Of a DNA stretch of 64,000 nucleotides, positions 52,386-60,491 are shown piece by piece; the first letter of the stretch is position 1, and every line of letters starts with the position of its first letter. Origin of the DNA: an uncultured Clostridium sp. (GTDB lineage Bacteria > Bacillota_I > Bacilli_A > RF39 > UBA660); assembly GCA_947427095.1 (NCBI GenBank), contig CANEGO010000001.1:131428-195427 (forward strand), read 5' to 3'. The position numbers were made by a program, and so were the translations under genes. The notes under the pieces were generated by a model that was not told where the DNA came from, ran no database searches, and saw nothing but the letters and a program-made list of their open reading frames with translations.

Positions 52386-52429
52386 TGGAGCAAGTGATGG
52401 GAATCGAACCCACGTCTCAGCCTTGGCAA
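52386..52429 (-). repeat. 44-bp direct repeat identical to the 3' end of tRNA-Gly (island att repeat, partial tRNA)
   Basis: Positions 52386-52429 are identical to 56208-56251 (tggagcaagtgatgggaatcgaacccacgtctcagccttggcaa). Confidence 0.75.
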
Positions 52430-52558
52430 TTTAAAAAAATATGCATTAGAAACAGCGCTTTTTTGCTGATATTTTAATGAAGTTTAACTAATTTTAATCG
52501 TTTTAAAAAGGGCTTAAATTTAAAGAAAATTCAGAAAAATTAAAATAAATTTAACAAT

Positions 52559-52582
52559 TTGGCACGATTTTGGCACGATTTT
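52559..52582 (+). repeat. Tandem TTGGCACGATTTT-GGCACGATTTT repeat (left end of the island)
   Basis: Directly visible. A degenerate third copy TTGGTGCGACGATTTT lies at 52365-52380. Confidence 0.6.
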
Positions 52583-52748
52583 AATTTTAGGGTGAATTTA
52601 CCATGTGTAACAATTAAGTTACAGCTTACAAACTTTGTTTTCTTTTTAAAAACATTATATATGAATTATTGTTAAATTTTCATGGGAGTATATAAATAAT
52701 TTGAAAATTATTATATAATTTAATTAGTTTGTTTGTCGGAGGTGCTGT

Positions 52749-54440
52749 ATGAATATCATAGATAAACTTGAACAAGAAAAAATACATGTTGGTATAAGAT
52801 ACTATGGATTAGAAGACTTATCTACAGGAATAATAGTTAAAAGTTTATTAGATGGTAAAAATACTATATTAGATAACTATAAAACTAATAGTATCACAAC
52901 AATTGAAGATTATATTGATTATATTTTTCTAGATTTTATTATGAAATTTGAAGAAGTTATTCCATATGTTAAAGAGGAAAAGAGAGATGAATTCGGAGAA
53001 TTTATAGCAAACTGCAAAGTTATTTATAAAGAATATTCAATTGGTAATGTAGTTAAATACATTCAAAAAGATTATAAAAACATTTATCAATATACTGATA
53101 AAAATGAAAGTACTTATATAGCATTTGATTTAAAGAATTATACTTCTGAATTTGTTGCTGATCATTTTAATTGTTTTAATGATGATATTATGAATTATAT
53201 AATAAATGAGGAAACATATGATGTTATTGATTGTTTTAGAAAATGGCAGAAATATTTTATAAGAAAACCTGAGCAATTAATTGAGCTATTGAATGAAAAA
53301 AATATTAATAAAGTATTTTTCATGAGAGTTCAAGAAATTATTGATATAATTGATTCTTTAAAAAATAATAATAAATTTGATAAAATAGTATCAGATGCTG
53401 TAGAAATTATTTATAAAATATTAGAAACGCAGTATTTTAATCCAAACGGAGATCAGAAAATATGGCAGAGTTTCTATATGTTAAATGATTGTCTACCATT
53501 ATTTAAAAAAATGAAATCAACTTATGCCTATAGCTTAGAACAAGAATTAGAAAAACAAGAAAACTTATTTAATGAGAATTTAGTGAAAAATGGCCATAAA
53601 CAAACTATAAAGTTTGATTTAAAACCTTTTAAAGATTTCTTTGAAGATAACACAAAACCTTGGGAAGTTAGAATAGTATTTTTAACACATTCAAAGGATG
53701 AGGACGGAAAAATTGTTAGTTTTCTTGAACAAGGTGTAAAATGTGATACAAAAGCACTAACAGATGAATTGGTCAGAAAAAATCCTGGCACAGATGATTA
53801 TTTTACAAGTTGGAGATTAAGAAACTTAAGTTATTATTCATTTGAAATCAAATCAAGATTTATGACTTTAATGAATTCTAGTAATAATATTAGTGAATAT
53901 CTATCTGACATTTATGGTGAATTAAAATATATCTGCGATAATCTTAATACAAGTATGGAGATTGAATCATTAGATGAAAATATGGAGATGTTATCTCAGT
54001 TTTTAACTGATTTGTTTATAAATTATTCTAAAGATTCAGACAAATATAAAATTTCTATAAAAAACTTAATTTATGGGTGTTCTATGTTTTTATGTGGCTT
54101 TATTGAAAAAATATTAAGAATTATTTATAAAAACAGTATGAAGGATATATCTTATATTCCTGATTCAAGTATAACGTTGGGTAACTTGTTAGTTGAAAAT
54201 GATAATAATACTGAGATTTTAATTAATATATTGGGAATAGAACAAATAAAATGTCTTAGGTATTACTTGCATAAAATAGATTATTATAATGTTGTTGGGC
54301 AAAATATTAGAAATAATCTTGCACATATAAATGGTAAAACAATGAAAAACTTAAATTATGATTTGATATTAGAATTACTTTCCTATTTTACGTCTATTCT
54401 TAATAGTTGTGTTTTATACTATCAAGGGAAAAACAAATAA
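52749..54440 (+). CDS. Hypothetical 563-aa protein with a C-terminal HEPN-like Rx4H motif (Abi-like?)
   Basis: A GGAGGTG RBS is present. The C-terminus carries NIRNNLAHINGK (R-x4-H), as seen in Abi_2/HEPN families. The rest is unrecognised. Confidence 0.35.
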   Translation: MNIIDKLEQEKIHVGIRYYGLEDLSTGIIVKSLLDGKNTILDNYKTNSITTIEDYIDYIFLDFIMKFEEVIPYVKEEKRDEFGEFIANCKVIYKEYSIGNVVKYIQKDYKNIYQYTDKNESTYIAFDLKNYTSEFVADHFNCFNDDIMNYIINEETYDVIDCFRKWQKYFIRKPEQLIELLNEKNINKVFFMRVQEIIDIIDSLKNNNKFDKIVSDAVEIIYKILETQYFNPNGDQKIWQSFYMLNDCLPLFKKMKSTYAYSLEQELEKQENLFNENLVKNGHKQTIKFDLKPFKDFFEDNTKPWEVRIVFLTHSKDEDGKIVSFLEQGVKCDTKALTDELVRKNPGTDDYFTSWRLRNLSYYSFEIKSRFMTLMNSSNNISEYLSDIYGELKYICDNLNTSMEIESLDENMEMLSQFLTDLFINYSKDSDKYKISIKNLIYGCSMFLCGFIEKILRIIYKNSMKDISYIPDSSITLGNLLVENDNNTEILINILGIEQIKCLRYYLHKIDYYNVVGQNIRNNLAHINGKTMKNLNYDLILELLSYFTSILNSCVLYYQGKNK

Positions 54441-54522
54441 CTTTATTAATTATATTAAGTTTTTAATTAATTTTTATGTATAATTATTATTAAAATAATT
54501 TATTGGTAAAAGGAGTATAAGA

Positions 54523-55572
54523 ATGAATGAGATTAATATGGTTTGGTTAACTCTTAATAGAAATTGTAATTTAAGGTGTAAATGGTGTTATGCAAAAGGA
54601 GAAAAGTTTGATTTTAATCTTAAAATGGATTTTGGTTTAGCTCAAGAGCTTATTGATTTTATTAATGATTTAGGAGTTAAAGAGGTTGCTCTAATCGGTG
54701 GAGAACCAACTTGTTATAGTGAACTTAAGAAGTTAATTTCTTATATAAAATCAAAAGATATAAAAGTTTGTTTAATAACAAATGGTCTTATTTTTAGCGA
54801 TAAATCTTATTTACAAGAATTAGAAAATTTAGGTGTTGATAGTGTCAACTTTTCTATGAAGGGTTGGTCAAAAGAAAGTTACATCGTTAATACTGGTGTA
54901 GATGCTTTTGATAAAACATTAGAAGCATTAAAAAATATATCTAATTCAAATATCAATAGCATGGTTTCTTTTGTAATCAGTTATGAAAATATTGATTATC
55001 TTTTAAAAGTTGTTGAAATTACTTCAGAATGTGGAATAAAAAACTTTTACTTCTCATTTGAAAACGACTTTTCTGTGCTTGACGGTGAAATAAAAAAATA
55101 TGATGTGAATGAAATTTCTAAAATTGTTAAAGTTTTTTCTGAAAATTATGAAGAGTTAAATAGATTAACAAGGGAAAATTTTACATTACACCAATCACTT
55201 CCTCTTTGTGTTTGGAATAAGGATATAATAGAGAAAATGAGAAATAAAACCCAAATTCAAACATCTTGTATATTACTACAAAGGAGTGGACTAGTTTTTG
55301 ATACAAATGGATTTTTAATACCGTGTAATTCTATACACCAAGTCAAACTTGGTAAGTTTAAAAAAGATTTTAAAGATAAAAAAACATTTTACTCATTCTG
55401 GAATTCAAATCAGATGAATAAAATATATAATAAGTTTTGTTCTTTACCAAGTAAAACATGTAATAAGTGCAAAGATGAGTCTGTTTGTGGAGGAGGATGT
55501 CTTTCGAATTGGTATAATTATGAATTTAATGATTTATTAAATGAAAATATAATAAAAAATAATGTAAATTAA
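54523..55572 (+). CDS. Radical SAM/SPASM-domain peptide maturase
   Basis: 349 aa. CxxxCxxC cluster CNLRCKWC at the N-terminus and a C-terminal Cys-rich SPASM region (CNKCKDESVCGGGC). Confidence 0.8.
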   Translation: MNEINMVWLTLNRNCNLRCKWCYAKGEKFDFNLKMDFGLAQELIDFINDLGVKEVALIGGEPTCYSELKKLISYIKSKDIKVCLITNGLIFSDKSYLQELENLGVDSVNFSMKGWSKESYIVNTGVDAFDKTLEALKNISNSNINSMVSFVISYENIDYLLKVVEITSECGIKNFYFSFENDFSVLDGEIKKYDVNEISKIVKVFSENYEELNRLTRENFTLHQSLPLCVWNKDIIEKMRNKTQIQTSCILLQRSGLVFDTNGFLIPCNSIHQVKLGKFKKDFKDKKTFYSFWNSNQMNKIYNKFCSLPSKTCNKCKDESVCGGGCLSNWYNYEFNDLLNENIIKNNVN

Positions 55573-55641
55573 TTTTTAAGTTGTAAATTGACAGGTTAAA
55601 AAAATTAATATATTATAGTTAAAAGAAGAGGTGAATATCTT

Positions 55642-55881
55642 ATGGAAATTAATGGTGCATTACAAAAATTAAAAAAGAACGGAAGCTTACCTAAGAAGCC
55701 TTTTAGAAGTATTGGAAGTCATATCAAACTGGCTACTATAGGACCGTGTTCGGCATGTGGTGCTTGTTTCCGTGATAATGATGATGTGATTAAAAAAAGT
55801 ATAAATGACAGTTCATTTCAAAAAAGTAATAAGTTTAAACGTTGCGTTTCTGGTCCATGCTCAGCATGTGGTGCTTGCTAA
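55642..55881 (+). CDS. Cys-rich precursor peptide with a duplicated GPCSACGAC core (candidate RiPP precursor)
   Basis: 79 aa with an AGAGGTG RBS. It contains ...ATIGPCSACGACFRDNDD... and a C-terminal ...VSGPCSACGAC. It sits immediately downstream of the rSAM/SPASM gene. Confidence 0.6.
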   Translation: MEINGALQKLKKNGSLPKKPFRSIGSHIKLATIGPCSACGACFRDNDDVIKKSINDSSFQKSNKFKRCVSGPCSACGAC

Positions 55882-56093
55882 TTTAATAATAAATATTTTT
55901 AGAAAAAATATAATTTTGTAAAAAAGATAATTAAAAATTGTAAAATTTGTTTAATTATCTTTTTTAATTTGTTTAAAGCTCTAACCCTGGTTTCAGCCAT
56001 AAAATTTTAATTATATTTATATTAATTTCAACGAGTTTTAAACAAAAGTATAATAGATTATGATTAAAAAATATTAATCTATAGTTTATTATT

Positions 56094-56118
56094 TTGGCAC
56101 GATTTTTGGCACGATTTT
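56094..56118 (+). repeat. Tandem TTGGCACGATTTTT-GGCACGATTTT repeat (right end of the island)
   Basis: Directly visible. Same unit and orientation as 52559-52582. Confidence 0.6.
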
Positions 56119-56173
56119 CATTTTTGAGTAAAAAAAGGCTATTTTTTGATATTTTTGAACTTTTTAAAATATG

Positions 56174-56200
56174 AAAAAACCCTTATTTTATAAGGGTTTA
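56174..56200 (-). terminator. Terminator downstream of the tRNA-Cys/tRNA-Gly pair
   Basis: aaaccctta-tttta-taagggttt hairpin plus a U run on the minus strand, immediately 3' of tRNA-Gly. Confidence 0.5.
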
Positions 56201-56207
56201 TTTGCTA

Positions 56208-56282
56208 TGGAGCAAGTGATGGGAATCGAACCCACGTCTCAGCCTTGGCAAGGCCGCGTACTAGCCGTTGTACTACACCTGC
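56208..56282 (-). tRNA. tRNA-Gly (anticodon GCC)
   Basis: The reverse complement GCAGGTGTAGTACAACGGCTAGTACGCGGCCTTGCCAAGGCTGAGACGTGGGTTCGATTCCCATCACTTGCTCCA folds as a cloverleaf with anticodon loop UUGCCAA and an encoded CCA. Confidence 0.85.
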
Positions 56283-56286
56283 AAAA

Positions 56287-56361
56287 TGGAGGGGCCAGCC
56301 GGACTTGAACCGGCGATCGTGGAGTTGCAGTCCAATGCCTTACCAACTTGGCTATAGCCCC
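56287..56361 (-). tRNA. tRNA-Cys (anticodon GCA)
   Basis: The reverse complement GGGGCTATAGCCAAGTTGGTAAGGCATTGGACTGCAACTCCA...GGTTCAAGTCCGGCTGGCCCCTCCA folds as a cloverleaf with anticodon loop CUGCAAC. Confidence 0.85.
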
Positions 56362-56442
56362 GTGTAAAGAAATTATAACATAACTGATAAATAAATATCA
56401 AGTGTTATTCCCTATATTTTATGCAAATAAAATTCTAATTAT

Positions 56443-56877
56443 TTATTTTATTCCATATTTATCTACTATAGCCTTAAGAAGCTTTCTAATTAAATAATAA
56501 GTTATTAACAAAAATACAATAAGAACTAATAGTGGCAAGAAAAAATCAATTAAAGTAAACACAAATAATAAACTAAAAATAATTATTAAAACAATTATTC
56601 CCACAGTAATATAACTACTTGTTTCCCACCCTTTATGTTCTTTTGCTTCAGGTTCATCTGAAATATTTAGTATAACTAATAAACATAATAATATTATTAT
56701 CGCAATACTATATATAATTATGGTTTTAGATTCTCTTAAATCAAATAATAAAGAATAAAAACCACCATTTATTAAATATGTTATGGTAAGTAAGGTGCCA
56801 ACAATAATACAGAAAATCTTTAGCATTTTATTGCTTTTATTTAAGAATTCTTGTTCTTTATCTCTTCTTTTCTTCAT
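56443..56877 (-). CDS. Hypothetical polytopic membrane protein
   Basis: 144 aa with four hydrophobic helices. Confidence 0.4.
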   Translation of the reverse strand: MKKRRDKEQEFLNKSNKMLKIFCIIVGTLLTITYLINGGFYSLLFDLRESKTIIIYSIAIIILLCLLVILNISDEPEAKEHKGWETSSYITVGIIVLIIIFSLLFVFTLIDFFLPLLVLIVFLLITYYLIRKLLKAIVDKYGIK

Positions 56878-56937
56878 TGGAATCCACCTCGCAAAACAAT
56901 TATATAATGAAACTTATTTTTTGTAAATAAAAGAGTT

Positions 56938-57387
56938 CTATTTAGAACCCTTACTATTTTTCAAATATTTTAATTTTTCATCCACTAAATATTTAGATAA
57001 CGCATCTTCTATTTTAGAAAGAGACCGTTTATCTAAACAACCAATAGTAAAATGTTCTTTTACGGTATCTATTTCTACTACACCAAATAAAATGTTTGTT
57101 CTAATTTCAAAATCATTTAACATATCTGGCGTAATAGAGGTATAAAAATACCTTCCAAAACTTCTTTTTCTACCTAGTAACATTCTTTTGTTAGTAAAAA
57201 CAATGATAGTGGTATAAAAAGGCATGGTCCAGTTGGTATCCTTTTGACCCGCAAATGTAAATAACACAACCTCATCATCATTTATATGTTGATCAACGAC
57301 CTTAGCGTGTCTTTTCACGTTCCAAGCGATTGTTTTAGGATACTTTCTCAAAAAATCTTTACAACTGTTATATACTTTATTAACCAT
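56938..57387 (-). CDS. Bacterial PH-domain-containing protein (YokE/GRAM-like)
   Basis: 149 aa. Pattern VVLFTFAGQ...IVFTNKRMLL is typical of the bacterial PH (bPH) fold. Confidence 0.4.
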   Translation of the reverse strand: MVNKVYNSCKDFLRKYPKTIAWNVKRHAKVVDQHINDDEVVLFTFAGQKDTNWTMPFYTTIIVFTNKRMLLGRKRSFGRYFYTSITPDMLNDFEIRTNILFGVVEIDTVKEHFTIGCLDKRSLSKIEDALSKYLVDEKLKYLKNSKGSK

Positions 57388-57389
57388 TA

Positions 57390-57974
57390 CTATTCACCAT
57401 ATCCGTTAGCTTTAAAAAATGACTTTATTCTGCTAAGTTCAACATACCCGTTATTTTCTGCTATAACTTCTCCATTTTGAACAATAAGTACTAGTGGTGT
57501 CCCCCACTCCTCACTATTTAAATAAGCTAAAGAAGAACTAAACGTTGTCCAATCTTCACTTGAAAATTTATCGGTATCAACATAATTTATCGTTAAGTCC
57601 ATATCATCCATTGCTTCTTTTAAAATAGGACTAAATTTTTCACAAAAAGTACACGTTGGTCTAGCAACTAAAATTATACTTTTTTCTTCCTTTTTAATAA
57701 TATCAAGATATTCACTTAAAGTAAGCTCATTAAATCCAGCAGTTTCAAGAGTTATGGTCTCATTTGTTTTAGGGCTATCCTTTTTTACATAAGAAACACC
57801 AACCGAAGCTGCTATAATAATTACGATAGCTAAAGCAACACCAGTTATTTTTAACGTTTTCTTAACTAAACTTTCAGCATGTTTATCTTTAACTTCTATT
57901 ATTGTTGTTATTATAGAACAAACCATCGTTATCAATAACATAATAGCAATAATCACTAATAAAAAATTCGTCAT
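57390..57974 (-). CDS. Membrane-anchored thioredoxin-family thiol-disulfide oxidoreductase
   Basis: 194 aa. N-terminal TM anchor and a CxxC active site (RPTCTFCEKF). Confidence 0.65.
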   Translation of the reverse strand: MTNFLLVIIAIMLLITMVCSIITTIIEVKDKHAESLVKKTLKITGVALAIVIIIAASVGVSYVKKDSPKTNETITLETAGFNELTLSEYLDIIKKEEKSIILVARPTCTFCEKFSPILKEAMDDMDLTINYVDTDKFSSEDWTTFSSSLAYLNSEEWGTPLVLIVQNGEVIAENNGYVELSRIKSFFKANGYGE

Positions 57975-58026
57975 AATATCCCTCCCATGTACCTTATTAT
58001 ACTACAAAAAAAGAGGAATTTAAACA

Positions 58027-59133
58027 TTATAATTCCCCTTTTTTCTTTTTCTCAAGCATAGAAAGAATTTTTTTCTTACCGTTTTTAAGTTCTGAAACAG
58101 AACCACTAGTATTTAAAGTATTAATTATATCGGATGCATACTCAGAGCAATCAATCTGTTTATACCATGACATTTTAAGAGCTTCTGGATCTACATAAGT
58201 TAAATTAGTCGAGTATAGGCTGTCAAACAAACCCTTTTCAAAAGCTTCATTGAATCCGTCTAACCCGTTAGTAAACATAGAAAACGTTGATATTAAAAAT
58301 ACTTTTTCAGCCCCTCTTGTCTTTAAATCTTCAGCAACTTCTAACATCGAACTTCCTGATGCAATCATATCATCTACAACTATAGCAATTTTACCATTTA
58401 AATCACTACCTAAGTAATTATGTGCAACAATAGGATTCTTTCCATCAACTACTTTACTATAGTCTCTTCTTTTATGAAACATCCCGACATCTGCTCCAAA
58501 CATATTTGCATAAAACTTAGCCCTGTCAAAAGCACCTCCATCTGGACTTATAAACTTAACGTTATTCTGATCAAATTCTTCATTTTTAATAAATTCTTTT
58601 AAAATTGTATTGGTAGGATAAAAATTTTCAAAGGATATGCTAGTAGGTACTGCATTTTGTATATTGGGATCGTGAACATCAAAAGTAACGATAGTGTTTA
58701 CTCCTAAATTTTGCAATTCCTGAAGAGCAAGCGCACAGTCTAAAGACTCCCTTCCTTTGCGTCGATGTTGTCTTGATGAGTAAAGCATAGGCATCACAAC
58801 GGTTATTCTATCAGCTTGACCACGAACTGCTGAAATAACCCTTTTTATGTCTTGATAATGATCGTCTGGACTCTTATGATTATAATAACCAAACATTTTA
58901 TAAGTTTCACTATGGTTACCTATATCTGATAAAATATACAAATCTTTATCTCTAACAGTATCATTTATAACTACTTTACCCTCTCCATTATTAAATCTAA
59001 TGACATCAGTTGGAATAATAAAGCTATCTTTTTTACTTCTTCTTGACATCAAATTGTTATTAATGCTTTCTCCAAATTCTTTACAGTTTTCCATAACTAT
59101 AAGACCTAGTTCGTCTTGAAATTTACTACTCAT
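58027..59133 (-). CDS. Ribose-phosphate diphosphokinase (PRPP synthetase) family protein
   Basis: 368 aa. PRPP-binding motif VVDDMIASGSSM and a divalent-cation/ATP region. The N-terminus is divergent. Confidence 0.55.
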   Translation of the reverse strand: MSSKFQDELGLIVMENCKEFGESINNNLMSRRSKKDSFIIPTDVIRFNNGEGKVVINDTVRDKDLYILSDIGNHSETYKMFGYYNHKSPDDHYQDIKRVISAVRGQADRITVVMPMLYSSRQHRRKGRESLDCALALQELQNLGVNTIVTFDVHDPNIQNAVPTSISFENFYPTNTILKEFIKNEEFDQNNVKFISPDGGAFDRAKFYANMFGADVGMFHKRRDYSKVVDGKNPIVAHNYLGSDLNGKIAIVVDDMIASGSSMLEVAEDLKTRGAEKVFLISTFSMFTNGLDGFNEAFEKGLFDSLYSTNLTYVDPEALKMSWYKQIDCSEYASDIINTLNTSGSVSELKNGKKKILSMLEKKKKGEL

Positions 59134-59316
59134 AAATACCTCCCTAAAAATATAAAAAAACTAGCGCGTAGAACGTGTTAGTTTTTTCGTTAAAAATAGC
59201 GTAAAGAAGCCTTACTAGATAAAAAATAATCAAAAAAGTAATTTAATGAATGTTCTTTTATCATAATTTACCTCTTACACTCTAAGTATAACAAAAAATA
59301 CTAAATAAGTTAACCA

Positions 59317-59895
59317 TTAATTAGTATTTTTATTAAATTCTTCATTTTGTTTTTTATTTTTATTTATTAATTTTTCATATCTTTCTTCTTCACTAAATAT
59401 ACAACCACAATATTTTTGCATATAAAGTCCTATTTCTCTGGCTCTATTTTGACCTTCTTTAAAACCTGGTCTAAAATCCTTATATAAAAAATTAACATTA
59501 TACTTTTTAGATAACATCTCACCAGTTTTCTTAAGTAATTCATGGTTTTGATAGGGACTAATTAATAAAGTAGTAGAAAAAGCATCAAAACCATGTTCTT
59601 TTGCATATTTAGCAGTCTTTTCTAATCTGCATAAATAACAGTAGCCACATCTATTATCTAACTTATCTACAGTGTTTTTGCAAAATTCTCTTAATCCATA
59701 GTAATCATCTATTATTAAGGGAATTCTTAATTCTTCATCATACTTTTTTAAGCATTCTAACCTTGCTTCGTATTCCTTATACGGATGAATATTAGGATTA
59801 TACCAATAACTAGTTATATCAATATTTTCTTTTTTTAATTCTTCTAAACAATATACACTACAAGGTGCACAACATGTATGTAATAATAATTTCAT
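59317..59895 (-). CDS. queH: Epoxyqueuosine reductase QueH (DUF208)
   Basis: 192 aa. N-terminal LLHTCCAPCS and a YWYNPNIHPYKEY motif. Confidence 0.8.
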   Translation of the reverse strand: MKLLLHTCCAPCSVYCLEELKKENIDITSYWYNPNIHPYKEYEARLECLKKYDEELRIPLIIDDYYGLREFCKNTVDKLDNRCGYCYLCRLEKTAKYAKEHGFDAFSTTLLISPYQNHELLKKTGEMLSKKYNVNFLYKDFRPGFKEGQNRAREIGLYMQKYCGCIFSEEERYEKLINKNKKQNEEFNKNTN

Positions 59896-59903
59896 TCAAC
59901 ACA

Positions 59904-60491
59904 CTACTTTCTATACATCTTATCATTTAATAAATTCCCTAAAAAATCATAAATAGGTAAATTAATATCATACTGTAATAATATTTGAGAAACTTTTTCT
60001 AATAAACCTTCCTTTTGGGGAATTATTATTCCCTTAAAATAATCGGTTGGAATCTTATCTTTTACCATAACTTCAGTATAATCGAAATCATTTCTTTGAG
60101 AGGTTAAATCTTCTTCTACCTTTCTGTCAATTAAAAAGATTATTTCATTTAAATCAATTGGATATTGTTTAATTTTTTTTGATAATAATTTATCCTTTAG
60201 TGTATAAATGGTAGGGTCAAATAAAGAAACAAATATTTCCTTTGTCATTCTTATGTTACCAGCAAATTTGCCAGTTACCATAATACCTAATCGCTTTAAG
60301 CTATCTTTAGAATATAAACCACCTTGTTTAATAATATTATTAAACTTCCACAACGTTTGTGGAAGTTGCAAATCATCTACTTTACCTATTCCATGTGTAA
60401 AAACATCATTATCAATTAGGATATTATATAATTCTTCAGTCATATCATAATCACCAGAAAATATATTATCATAAAAATCAAATGTTATCAA
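59904..60491 (-). CDS. Hypothetical protein
   Basis: 195-aa ORF. Confidence 0.35.
   Translation of the reverse strand: MITFDFYDNIFSGDYDMTEELYNILIDNDVFTHGIGKVDDLQLPQTLWKFNNIIKQGGLYSKDSLKRLGIMVTGKFAGNIRMTKEIFVSLFDPTIYTLKDKLLSKKIKQYPIDLNEIIFLIDRKVEEDLTSQRNDFDYTEVMVKDKIPTDYFKGIIIPQKEGLLEKVSQILLQYDINLPIYDFLGNLLNDKMYRK

Larger units (their letters stand above)
52430..56207. mobile_element. tRNA-Gly-integrated genomic island (no integrase) carrying a HEPN-like protein and a radical SAM RiPP cluster
   Basis: Bounded by the 44-bp direct repeat of the tRNA 3' end. GGCACGATTTT tandem repeats lie just inside both ends. Confidence 0.5.

Noticed and set aside
52559-56118. Interpretation of the TTGGCACGATTTT repeats as sigma-54 (-24/-12) promoters
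   Set aside because: The -24 TGGCAC element is present, but the -12 element is TGGC rather than TTGC at the required spacing, and no bEBP or sigma-54-dependent gene context is apparent. Terminal repeats of a mobile island are the better reading.
52430-56207. An integrase inside the tRNA-Gly island
   Set aside because: All three island ORFs were examined and none has tyrosine- or serine-recombinase motifs. The nearby serine recombinase (50008-51879) lies outside the 44-bp repeats and belongs to the Tn4451-like element.
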